A stretch of 64,000 nucleotides of DNA from Eledone cirrhosa. Taxonomy: Eukaryota. The position numbers and the translations under genes were made by a program. Under the pieces are notes generated by a model. The model was not told where the DNA came from. It was given only the letters and a program-made list of their open reading frames with translations, and did no database searches. The stretch covers positions 41,106,001 to 41,170,000 of the forward strand of contig OZ024753.1 of NCBI GenBank assembly GCA_964016885.1, given 5' to 3'. This document shows positions 28,203-41,004 of this stretch, one piece after another; position 1 is the first letter of the stretch, and each line of letters begins with the position of its first letter.

Positions 28203-28476
28203 AAGGGTTTCCCAAACCTTTTTCAAAAGTGGAACCCTTTTGGGTTCAGAAACTTTTAGGGGAACCCCAAAGTCTAATACTGTTACAGGGTCGTAACATA
28301 AATATACTCCTCTAACTTTTTTCACAGAATCCCAACAACTTTTACGGGAATGCCAAAGTTAAATACTGTTATATGGTCGCAATATAAATATACTCCACTA
28401 CCTTTTTTTCACGGAAACCCAGGCAACACTTAGCAGAACCTTTGTGCTCCGTGGAACCCAAATTGGGAAACCACTC
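28203..28476. mobile_element. hAT/Charlie-like MITE
   Basis: Termini aagggtttcccaa / ttgggaaaccactc, imperfect 8-bp flanks gtctaatt/ctctaata. Confidence 0.5.
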
Positions 28477-28477
28477 C

Positions 28478-28513
<36 letters not shown>

Positions 28514-28687
28514 GTATGTATATTAGATTTGATAGTTTGTATAATTTTGTATAATTTTGTACATAGATCTGTTGAATATGCATGCCAATTCTAACACATA
28601 TATGTCCTAGAAACGATCGTTAAATAATGAACTTTTTTTGTTTAATATAAGGAACTGTTTCATTGTTTTATTCATTATTTTTTTAAT

Positions 28688-28759
<72 letters not shown>

Positions 28760-28929
28760 TTTCTGTTATAAGATGTAGTATCGGTCCTTCTCCATCTCTA
28801 CAGCTTCAAACGAATTGACTATAAAATTACTCACTTATCTTTTAAAGACACTTGTAAGAGAATGCCTTCCCCCACTACATCAGTATTGGGTTATTGATTA
28901 TTGATACCTACTTCGATTATCCTGCTCAC

Positions 28930-28959
28930 CTGTTTTCGTCGGATCATTTTCTTTAATTC
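28930..28959 (-). CDS. Candidate 30-nt exon of the unidentified gene (IKENDPTKT)
   Basis: ttttattcggcag acceptor, gtgagc donor, phase 1 to 1. Confidence 0.45.
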
Positions 28960-29619
28960 CTGCCGAATAAAATATTGACATGTATATACGTATGTATGTT
29001 CTTCTGGTTTTATAATTTCATAAATGTTTGCCAATAGAGAGAGAGTCTGTTTCTAACATTGACACAAGACTCTCTCATTGGAATTTACACAACATCAACT
29101 AGGTAGATATGTATGTATGTGTGTATCTATGTATGTATGTTCTTCTGGTTTTATAATTTCATAAATGTTTGCCAATAGAGAGAGAGTCTGTTTCTAACAT
29201 AGACACAAGACTCTCTCATTGGAATTTACACAACATCAACTAGGTAGATATGTCTGCATGTCTGCATGCATGCATGTGTAGATATGGATGTTATTGTATG
29301 TGTGGATGTGTATGTTTTGAGTTCTATGTGTGCATGTATATATGCTTGAGGAAATCTGGTCTCAGGAGCCACGGTCACAGCTATGTTCAAAGAGAACCAG
29401 TGAACTATGATCTCCATGGTATTGTGAAGGTTCACAGGCAACCTGATGCAAGACCTGATGCCAGGGATATCCATAGTTTCGTCAATGTGCGAAGGAGTGC
29501 AAGTCTCTAGCAGGCTTTAAAAGCCATACCCGAGCGTCGCACATCTGAATCTGACAAGCTATTGCAATACTCTTGGCAGAGTTTGCAGTCATCATGTATG
29601 TATGTATCAAGTAAATGAA

Positions 29620-29830
29620 GAAATTATCTAAAGATCTTCAGATAAAAATAACCTAGATGATGAAAACAGAAACAATACCTATAATAATAGCTGTTCTGGG
29701 AATAATAAAAAAAAAGATACAGGCTGATACATAACCAAAACCCCAGGACTTACAAATACAAACAGCATTCAGAAAATAGCACTTCTAGCTACTGCACACA
29801 TATTACAAAGAGTACCCTCAATACAATAGA
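29620..29830 (+). pseudogene. Degenerate R4/Dong-like endonuclease 3' fragment
   Basis: Fragments TETIPIIIAVLGII and IQKIALLATAHILQRV resemble the C-terminus of the 31320-31841 ORF. Confidence 0.5.
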
Positions 29831-30239
29831 AACAACAAAACTGCACAAGTCCAAGTCCCTCAGGACTGTAACTCTATGCTGTCATAAAGGGCCGTAACTA
29901 TATACTGCTAAGCATGGTGTCCGAAGCTCTACTGATACTCCTAAACCACCCTACAAGGGTTTACATAAAGCATAACATTAAGGACAGCACAGGAAGATAC
30001 AAATAGACGTTACAAAACCAAAAAAAAATGGAAACAAAGGAAAATTCCCCAATAGGGGAATGTTACTCGTGTTACTCGTGGATAAAGCCCACAAAAGCCA
30101 CGGTTACCCTGACCGCTATGGCAAGCGCCCTCTAACAGTTGTCCTTACAATACCAGAGGCACATGCTCAGAGTTAACCCAGTCACACGGGCCATTCTTGC
30201 CTTCCTCAACGACCTTTCAAAAATAATTATAATAATGAT

Positions 30240-30420
30240 AAAAAGTTTCCCGGGATGGTTAAAGAAAATTGGCCCCGCTCGCTTTTTGGAACACTTCAAA
30301 AGGCTGGGAACAGCAAGAACCCTCCGATACGTCCTGAATATCTGAGGCTGCAGGTAGTGGCTTGATATTCATTTCAACAAACTTTCCAGTTAACTAACAT
30401 CAATGACTGAGACTCAAAGA
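30240..30420 (+). mobile_element. Short 5'-truncated copy of the 30470 R4/Dong element
   Basis: Near-identical to 30788-30975 (GWLKKIGP...GTARTLRYVLNI* plus 3' UTR). Confidence 0.85.
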
Positions 30421-30422
30421 AC

Positions 30423-30469
<47 letters not shown>

Positions 30470-30472
<3 letters not shown>

Positions 30473-30975
30473 CACATTCTGAGAAATGGTATGAGCATAG
30501 GCCAGAGGCGGTGATGGAGAACAATCAGGTGAAGGTGCTGTGGGATTTTAGGATACAGACGGACAAAAAACTGGAACACAATAGACCTGACCTGGTGGTT
30601 TTGGACAAAGAAAAAATATCGTGTCTGATTGTGGATGTGGCCTGCCCGTTCGACACGAGAGTGCAAGAGAAGGAGAGGGAGAAAATTAACCGATACCAGG
30701 ACCTAAAGTGGGAGGTGAAAAGGATTTGGAACTGCCATGAAGTCAAAGTGATCCCGATTGTCATAGGCGCACTGGGGACTATCTCCAAAAGTTTCCAGGG
30801 ATGGTTAAAGAAAATCGGCCCCTTCACGCTTTTTGGAACGCTTCAAAAGGCATGCTTGCTTGGAACAGCAAGAACCCTCCGATACGTCCTGAATATCTGA
30901 GGCTGCAGGTAGTGGCTTGATATTCAATCCAACGGACTTTCCAGTTAACCAACATCAATGACTGAGATTCAAGGA
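30470..30975 (+). mobile_element. 5'-truncated R4/Dong-clade non-LTR retrotransposon (restriction-like endonuclease domain)
   Basis: ORF ending 30900: WYEHRP..VLWDFRIQTD..NRPDLVV..IVDVACPFD..EKINRYQDL..IPIVIGALG; flanked by (TAA)n. Confidence 0.88.
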
Positions 30976-30983
30976 ATAACAAC

Positions 30984-31017
<34 letters not shown>

Positions 31018-31278
31018 TTTTCTTTATTAACCACAAGGGTTTACATAAAGTAGACATTAAGGACAGTACAGGACAATACAGGACGGTACAAATGGGCATT
31101 TCTGCGTGTAAAAAAACAGAGGATGTAATAAAATAACAAAGAAAAATTCCCCAATAGGGGGGAGACTTCCGAGGGACATTTGTGGAGAAAGCCCATTAAA
31201 AGACCACAGTGACCCTGACCACCAGGGCAAGTGCCCTCTCCCAGTTTTCCACCTTTAATTTACAGACACATACTCAGA

Positions 31279-31312
<34 letters not shown>

Positions 31313-31319
31313 TTTAATT

Positions 31320-31985
31320 TCAATGTGCAGTCCTATAGCTCCAACCGAATACCTAAACAGGCATGACAGAGCTGCACAATACATACATTGGATAATGTCT
31401 AAGCATTTTGACCTGCCCCATCAAAAGAATTGGTGGGAGCATCAGCCACCTCCCATACTTGAAAAAGATCACATCTCAATCTTGTGGAACTTTAGCATCG
31501 AAACAGACCGAAAAATAGATGCAAATAGACCTGATATAATATTGAAGGACTTTAAAAAGAGGGTATGCCTGCTAATTGATATGCTCGTTCCAATAGACAA
31601 GAATGTATCGATAAAAACATTTGAAAAATTGAGCAAGTATAAGGACCTGGAGATAGAAATTGGAAAAATGTGGAAATTGAGAACTAAAACAATACCAGTG
31701 GTTGTAGGCGCTCTGGGAATGATACCTAAGGGGTCTAATGATTACTTATCGCAAATCCCAGGAAACCCGCGTATAGGAGAAATACAAAAGATAGTACTAA
31801 TGGGAACTGCCCATATACTAAGGAAGATTCTGTCAATATAAGTACATCACAAGTCTAAACACTAAAGATGCATGTGTGAGTATGTATGTTCTTTCTTGAA
31901 CATGGCGGACCTTGTTGTCTCTTGAGGTCACTGGTTGTGACTTGGTGGTAACTCGTATGAACATAAAGCAAGATAAATGCAACTA
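31320..31985 (+). mobile_element. Second, divergent R4/Dong-clade 3' fragment
   Basis: ORF ending 31841: YLNRHD..WWEHQP..ILWNFSIETD..NRPDIILKD..KLSKYKDLEIE..IPVVVGALG; (TAA)n on both sides. Confidence 0.88.
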
Positions 31986-32270
31986 TAATAATAATAATAA
32001 TATAATGCACTTTACTTTGTGTTCTGTACATTTTCCCCCTCCTTTGGCTTCGTAATGTTTGTTGTCTATTTAGTTTTGTTTTATTTCATCCATATTTCCA
32101 TTTTTCCGAGAGAAAAATGTTTTCTGTGAATAAAAAGAAACTTCAACAACACATGACTGTATTGTAGAATAGGCGGTAATATAAGGTACAATGGAACAGG
32201 AAGAGAGACGGAGATGGTAATAGAGAGATAGAGAGATGGATAGATGGGGAGATAGATAGATGGGGAGGTG

Positions 32271-32344
<74 letters not shown>

Positions 32345-32394
32345 AGGATGTATACATAGAGAGAGAGGGGGGAGAGGATAGATTGATAGATAGT

Positions 32395-32464
<70 letters not shown>

Positions 32465-32919
32465 TTTAAAAAGAGCGAGAAACAGGGAGAGACAGAGATG
32501 GAGAAATAAAGAAAGATAGAGAGAGATAGAGAGAGACAGACAGAGAGGGAGAAATAAAGAAGGATAGAAATAGAGGAGGGAGAGAGAGGGAGGGAGGGAA
32601 GGAGAGAGGTGAAAACTAGAGAATATGAAAAAGAAAGAAATAAACTAAACGAATAAAATGGAATGAATTATTAATAAAGTATTATTGATGTAATAAACAG
32701 AACGGCCATGAATAAAATATATTTATGACGTCACTGAAGAGTGAACAACGTTATAACACTGTCACCATCACTTCCACCACCATTTACACCACCAGCGCCA
32801 TCACTACTAACATAACCAACACCGCCACAACCAACAGCACTATCATCAGCAGAATCATTATCTTCATCATTATCATAATCGTTAACAAACAACACAAGCA
32901 TCACTATCACATTTTGCTG

Positions 32920-33020
32920 TTTTGATACGTCCAGTGATGACGTTTGGTGTTGTTTTCTCAAAACACTGGTCACATCCTTTGCGAAAACAACACCAAACTT
33001 CAGCACTGGACATATCAAAA
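32920..33020. repeat. ~42-bp-arm imperfect hairpin with 15-nt loop
   Basis: tttgatacgtccagtgatgacgtttggtgttgttttctcaaa / tttgcgaaaacaacaccaaacttcagcactggacatatcaaa. Confidence 0.85.
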
Positions 33021-33078
33021 ATTCGAAATAACAGAAGTAAGATTTATTCCATCATTATGTTTTTCTGTTCAAATTCTA

Positions 33079-33137
33079 GCTGTCTAATGAGGTCATAACT
33101 GTTGTATAATGGTTATCACCGAAATATATATAACAGC
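33079..33137 (+). ncRNA. Hammerhead motif with G5A core change
   Basis: gctgt-CTAATGA-ggt c ataac..gttat c acc-GAAA-tatata-TA-acagc. Confidence 0.65.
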
Positions 33138-33188
33138 GAATATGAATAAACGAAGTTAAACTTAACCTGTTGACTTACGCCTCTTGTT

Positions 33189-33324
<136 letters not shown>

Positions 33325-33519
33325 CAAATCGTACGGTACAAGATTCGCTAGGGTGAAAAAAATACTAACTATGAACAAGAGGGTTTGCCAGACTCAATTT
33401 TATATTCAATTATATTACACGGCCTGGAAACATTTCTTTCCTTGAGCTATTTAATTGTAAGAGACTATTTTGAGTTTCTAACTCAAAATATACCTTTGAT
33501 ATATATATATATATATATA

Positions 33520-33787
33520 TATATTGGTAAACGGAATAGAAAATGGTGACAAATTGTTCACAGTTGAAAAATGGTTTAATTAGGAATAAAAGAGTATTAG
33601 TAATTGTATGGGTTAGTATTCAGTTGTGGTTTTTAGTTTTTAAAAACCACAACTGAATACTAACCCATACAATTACTAATACTCTTTTATTCCTAATTAA
33701 ACCATTTTTCAACTGTGAACAATTTGTCACCATTTTCTATTCCGTTTACCAATATATAATAACTTGTGTGTTATACCTCTATTCTTT

Positions 33788-33793
<6 letters not shown>
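33520..33793. mobile_element. Fold-back cassette, ~115-bp arms plus ~35-nt tail, in (TA)n
   Basis: Perfect inverted repeat centred near 33638. Confidence 0.8.
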
Positions 33794-33854
<61 letters not shown>

Positions 33855-34861
33855 GTTTCTGCTTTTGGCACAAGGCCAGAAATTATTCCAGTGCATTACT
33901 GGTACTTTATTTTATCGACCCCCGTAAGGATGAAAAGCAAAGGTAACCTCGTCGTTTGAACTCAGAACGTAAAAGGTCATAACTCTGTGCTGCAAAGCAT
34001 GGTGTCTGACGCTCTACCGATACTACCAAACCACTGCCCTAATAATAATAATAATAATAATAGTAAAAAGGACGATATATTATGTCTTCATTACGTAGTG
34101 ACACGCGTTTCGGTATTAATCAGCTCATGGTTCGAGCTGTATCGATATGAACATTCGGTGCGTAGTTTCCAGTAAGTATAGACGTGTAGAACTAAGCAGA
34201 GTGTAATAGTAATAAAAAATATGATCGATACATATCGAGACAGCTCGAACGATGAGCTGATTAATAGCGAAACGAGCGTGAACTTAATATTTAACACATT
34301 CGTCTGCGACTTCACAGAACTTATGTTTACCGAATTCGCAGACCAGACCCCTTCTTCCTCCCGTTAGACCTGTGCGAAATTCCTTCCTTGCTCACATTTC
34401 AACCAGGTTTGATGGTCTTTATTCTCTCGTTCACGATTCCACCGAATTTATATTCATAGAAATCTGGGACTTGTTTCTTTCTTCTTCATCACTTTCTGTT
34501 GCTTAAACCATTTTGTTTGTTTACCCTAGCGTCCCCTTTATTTACGTGTCCCAACGACTTTTTTTAGTCGTTGCTCGCACCAACCTGAGGTATATGGCCT
34601 TTAAAGCGATGAAATGCCTACGACGGTTGGAAGGCCACTGATGAAGGACAAACTTTTTCATATGTAACCCATTTGCAACGCCGCAGCTCCATTATTATCA
34701 TATATATATATATAAATTAATATTTGATGAACATTTACATGTTTTAGTTGCAATTGACTAATAAGATCGCTAGAGTTCATCAAATATTAATTTATACTGC
34801 TCAGAAGCGATTCCTAGAGCTGAAATGATTGTAAATGACCTCTTTGAGTCTAAACTCTAAG

Positions 34862-34899
<38 letters not shown>

Positions 34900-35178
34900 G
34901 ATAACAAGTTATCGTTATAGGTAATCCAGTTAGTGTACTCCGCGCCGTGGATAGTTGTAACGTACGGCTTTGTTTGACTCAACAAGATGTCTTCATAGTT
35001 ATGCAGCGAGATCGCGGTAATTCCTCAGCAGGTTATACTTGGAGTAATAATAGTTAAAGAAAGAAGAGTAACATGGTTGACTGTACACTAAGGGGCTTTA
35101 TTTAAAGTACTGACAATTGTTACGTTGATAGAATTGTACAGCCAACCATGTTACTCTTCTTTCTTTAACTATATATAC

Positions 35179-35265
<87 letters not shown>

Positions 35266-35267
35266 TA

Positions 35268-35334
35268 CTATCTGATGAGAACGCAAATATCATCCCATGA
35301 TGATATTTGTTTTTGAAATTCGCATAATAAAATA
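35268..35334 (+). ncRNA. Hammerhead motif with long stem II
   Basis: tat-CTGATGA-gaacgcaaatatcatc ccat gatgatatttgttttt-GAAA-ttcgca-TA-ata; between TA tracts. Confidence 0.6.
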
Positions 35335-35364
35335 CATGGAACTCTTTTAACCATCTTTTGATTT

Positions 35365-35409
<45 letters not shown>

Positions 35410-35495
35410 GGAAAAATTTGAACAGGGACAAAACAGAGAGGCAGTACAACGAATGTTTATTAATTTCACGCTCTGGAGAGTGGGGTGTTGGTGGG

Positions 35496-35522
<27 letters not shown>

Positions 35523-35526
<4 letters not shown>

Positions 35527-35872
35527 AAGAAAAAGAGATGAAATCGAAAATGCAACTGAAGTCTTATTTTTTTTTAAAATATATATATTTATTTGGTTCC
35601 TTTACCGGTTTCGCAGTTCTTCTGCTTTTCAAAAGGTGAGTTGAGATGGAGGGTCTGTGGTTTTTCTCTGTGAGAAAAACCACAGACCCTCCATCTCAAC
35701 TCACCTTTTGAAAAGCAGAAGAACTGCGAAACCGGTAAAGGAACCAAATAAATATATATATTTAAAAAAAAAATAAGACTTCAGTTGCATTTTCGATTTC
35801 ATCTCTTTTTCTTTATACTTCCACTCGTGTAGGACACCTCGGTTATTTTTCATTTTGTAAAAAAAACCTCAC

Positions 35873-35878
<6 letters not shown>
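35523..35878. mobile_element. Fold-back cassette, ~146-bp arms, 3-nt loop, ~60-nt tail, in (TA)n
   Basis: 35523-35668 is the reverse complement of 35672-35817. Confidence 0.85.
35704..35741 (+). ncRNA. Minimal hammerhead with U3-A8 variant core
   Basis: cctt-TTGAAAA-gcag aagaa ctgc-GAAA-ccgg-TA-aagg. Confidence 0.65.
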
Positions 35879-35956
<78 letters not shown>

Positions 35957-36708
35957 AATGGGAATAACGAGCCAGTAACAAACTTTTGCTAAACATCTTG
36001 GTGGGCTATGGAAAAGATTTTCCCCGAGAAAGTCGACGTCGACGCAAAAAATCTTTTGGAGCCGTTAGAATCTAACAGTGGTGTCAATTCGCTGCCTAAG
36101 ATTTAAAACTTTTTGCTTTTTAAACAAGGGAAGTAACTTTTAAATAAACCTCTCTGAGTTACGTCCTCTTGGTTTGCATACGGGTAAAAACAAAATGGAC
36201 GTTACGGTGAAATGGAATATTTAGCTGTGAAGCAATTTACTCTATTCTCTTCTCTAACTCACGTTGACCGTCGATATTAATTCATCAGCCGACAGTAAAT
36301 AACAATTTTTTAAATATATATTTTATCTCTTCCACAACCTGTTAAATCTCTCTATTAACTTATACACTACATTTTTACTTAGAATAGAGCCTGTGAAATG
36401 TTATTCTTCGTTTTCTTATAGGAAACACAATAATAGAGGAAGGTAAATCACAGGACTTCAGTCTCTTTCTGTCTCTCCCTTCCTCTTACTATCGCTCTCT
36501 CTCGCTTTCGCAATTATTCAACAACCTGTATTTATTTTACTTGACACGTTTTGCGGGGAATTTTCTTATCCAAACAGCGCATGTGTGTGTCTATTGCTCA
36601 TTATATGTTTGTATATGTGTGTTTTTATACATATACACACCACACGTAACCAAAAGATTGGAGCTTCTTCACTCGGTACTCAACTCTAAGAATATTTAGC
36701 CTCTTATA

Positions 36709-36739
<31 letters not shown>

Positions 36740-36910
36740 TACACACACATATACATATGTGGTTGACGATTGAGAGAAAAGAGTTCTCAATACCGAAGTA
36801 GAGTTTTAATATTCGTCTGTATACATATATATATGTACGTATACATAGACACTTACATTTAAGTAAGTGTCGTACTAAGAGTGAGAAATGAAATTTCGTT
36901 TCATTCTATT

Positions 36911-36974
<64 letters not shown>

Positions 36975-37287
36975 TCTGTAAAATTATAACACTACGGTGA
37001 TTGGAATTTTACAAATAAATAACATTACAAATTGTTTATAATTCTTTACAGAATGAAAATATAAATAAATACAATTAATACACAAACCATATAAATAAAT
37101 TTACAGTAGAATAACAAATATGTTTTAAATATATACATGAATAACACTATTTTACAAATTGAATTAAACTTTGGACAGTTACTATATATCTTATTGAGGA
37201 CTATATCATATCATATTGAACATTACATTTTCTTAGCCCTTATACCGTTATGTTGTGCTATATATATATATATATTTAATATAGAAA

Positions 37288-37338
37288 GGCTTCTACAGGA
37301 CTAGAACTGTTTCATTCGGGAGAAATCATCAGGAAGCC
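37288..37338 (-). ncRNA. Type-I hammerhead ribozyme (family A, second copy) in fold-back cassette 37272-37482
   Basis: ggcttc-CTGATGA-tttctcccgaat-GAAA-cag(ttctagtc)ctg-TA-gaagcc. Confidence 0.82.
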
Positions 37339-37483
37339 CCCCCCCCCCCCCCCCCTCTCATGATTTCTCCCGAATGAAACAGTTCTAGTCCTGTAGAAGT
37401 CTTTCTATATTAAATATTTATACTCTGCTATGTATTGAGTACCTTATTTACTGTGGTTACCCCCGATTGAACCCGGGATAAAC

Positions 37484-37540
<57 letters not shown>

Positions 37541-37563
37541 TAATAAAAACAAAGAACAAGTTC

Positions 37564-37620
<57 letters not shown>

Positions 37621-37746
37621 GTATGTAGTATGTATGATGTGGAAACGGTGAACATATTCCTGGAACTCGTTCACTTATCGAGCGAGGTGGAATTCGTCAA
37701 ATCGGATCAAGGACCAAGTAAACAATGTTTTCATTGGTCTTTCCGT

Positions 37747-37833
<87 letters not shown>

Positions 37834-38018
37834 TTATTATTAGTACAAATTAAAGTACACTTTAATTTGTACTAATAATAAATATTTGCTCTACGGGTTT
37901 ATACACACGCACACGTATGTGTGTGTGTGTGTGTTTATATATATATATATATACACACACATACAACCCTTATCGAGCCCTCTTCGGATTTTGGTCTTTG
38001 TATTTATCTCTTTATTAT

Positions 38019-38062
<44 letters not shown>

Positions 38063-39535
38063 TCTCTTTCTCTTAATGTATGTATGTATGTATGTATATA
38101 TATAAATATATGTATGTATATATATAAATATAATATGTATGTATGTATAAATATAATATGTATGTATGTATAAATATGTATGTATGTATGTATATATATA
38201 ATATGTATGTATGTATAAATATAATATGTATGTATATATATAATATGTATGTATGTATAAATATAATATGTATGTATGATGTGTATTTATTCGCCCACAT
38301 AGACAGAAATTGACTCATATTTACGTGTAGTCTCTCACACTGTCTTAGCCAGCGTGTAATAATATGTGGGCTCTATCATTATACATTCCACTTTAACCAT
38401 TCACTTCACACATTACCACACTAAAACACATCCTTATACCAGCATTAAGCACGTATTTCGGCGAACTGAAAGTGCCCCTTGTACGTGTTGGTGCGACCTG
38501 CTAAAAATAGCAGCCATTGTCATTTATTAATAAAAACAAAAAAAAAACAAAAACGGGTGGATACGTTAAACAATAGAACCATACCCTTTCTTCTCGACCA
38601 GGTCTGGCCCAAGGCTAAATACAACACGGTGTGTTATATCCCGCCGAGGTTGACTTTGCCTTTCATCCTTACGGGGTCGATAAAATAAAGTACCAGTAAT
38701 GCACTGGATAATTGCTGGCCTTGTGCCAAAAGTAGAAACAGTTATTTATTTAGTGCTAAGTTATTGTACTATAATCAGTTATAGTGTTAAGTTATTTTAC
38801 TATTTTTTAAGATAACATTAAACATATCTCCTCGCTCCATATATGACAATAATGATGATGATGATGATGATAAAGATGATCATCCTTGTCATCATCATTT
38901 TAGTCTCCTTATGTTTGGAGAATATTACACTGAGAGACCGTGCACCTTGTTTTATCTATTCAGTTAATCTGAAATATAAAGTACAGCTGACTGCGGTTTT
39001 TCTTAGTTCAAGTTACACTTTTATTCACTGTTTCTGTGTGTGTGTGGGGGGGGGGGGGGGGTCTGTGTGTAAACAACTGGTTGACTTCAGAAGCATTAGG
39101 AAATGTTTTAAATGTAGTCGTTCCAATGCAGGTGACCATAATAATAGTTGATCATTAATATTTACTACCCTCATGGCATCAACTATTATTATGGTTATTT
39201 GCGTTGGGACGACTACATTTCATGGGGACACACAGACCTTACGTAAATATATATATATCATCATCATACGTCCGCTTTTCCCTGTTTGCAAGGGTGGGAC
39301 GGGTCCTATTCAGCACAGCATCTTTCCACTTGTCACGGTCCTTCGTCATCTCCTCCGTGAGCTTCTGCGATCTCAGGTCAGCTCTCACCACCTGCGCCCA
39401 TGTTTTTCATGGGCTTCCTTCTTCTGGGATTTCTTGATATCACACTGTAAACTGGTTGTTGTTAGGAAGGGTTATTATTCGAGACCCAAGAGTAACTTAT
39501 TCTATAGTTGTGTTTTGTTTGATCTTTTTTTTTAG

Positions 39536-40927
39536 ATGTACACACTTCTCTCTGGTTTTTGGAAATACCTATTCCAAAAAGAGGAATACTTTGTCTTGAT
39601 TCTTGGCTTAGACAATGCTGGAAAAACGGTAAGAATGTAGAGGCTGAAATTTCCTTTTTATATATAAATTGTGTTTGTGTTGTTGTTTAGCTCCAGATCA
39701 GTCTCATCCAACAGACATGATCAAATATGTTCCAACTGTCACCATCCTGTCATCATTTGTGTTCTAGGGACTAACTTTACTTTCCAATGTATTCTTCTTT
39801 ATTTAAGAAGATAAACTGTGATTTAACCCTTTATCACCGTATCCGGCCAGAATTCTCTCACTTTTTTTCTGTTCAAACCAGACGTAACTGGCCACTCATA
39901 CTTATATTAAGGTATTTTTCTCAAAATAAATAATATCAAAATATCATAGATTCGATATTATGTGAAGTAAAGTCTTTACCATGAAAATATAGTGGTATAT
40001 ATAGAGTAATGTAAATGCTAACGGGTTAAGGGTGCTTTGACTGCTATTTCTAATAGTTTGAGTGGCCATATAGAGGTTCCTTAGGCTAGTAAAAGATTTT
40101 CACCGAAGAATCAATCAATATTTTATATATTTTTTAAAAACTTATTTTGTTAATTTTATTTTGATCTTGCAATATGTTCAATATGAAAGGAAGCTGTACC
40201 TAACTGGTCCAACCATGACTCTCTATTACAGACATACCTTGAACAAACAAAGACCAAATTCAACCGCAGATATAAAGGGATGAACCAAAGTAAAATAACA
40301 ACAACTGTAGGCCTGAACAGTGAGTAGCAATTCCAACATATCCAGGACTGCTGTGTGTATATATATTTATATATAGGAGATGTCAATATGAATGGACCTG
40401 TTATTTTTATCTAAACACACTTTTTCCAATTCCACCCCACCCGTCCCCTCAATCTATCTTATTTCTCATTCTTTCATCTGATGAAGGACTAGCATCCGAA
40501 ACGTTAAGACCCTCTTCCTGCTATATCAAGCATTAACCTAATATATCCCTTTCATATACTGTACCGATTGTGTTGTTATTTCTGTTTACCTTTTACATAC
40601 ATACATGTTGGAGACGCAGGACATGGCAGCGATAATGAGGGACAGAGACCGCTGTAGAGAACTCTTCCATGGATCTCGGGAATTTTACTCGCCTTAGATA
40701 GATAGATATATATATACACACATTTTATAAGTCTAAATTGGTTATTCACTCTTAATTTATTAAATCTTGAGCTCTGCAGTTTGTGCCATAACAGTGGATA
40801 TCGTAATCTACAAGGGTTGAAAACTCCTTCAGCCTTTTTGGGTTACTGTTAGACCAAGGATACTGATAAGCACTGAGCTTCTATAATCTTTACCAGGATA
40901 TATTGGTAAACTCCAATATAACCAGAC

Positions 40928-41004
<77 letters not shown>

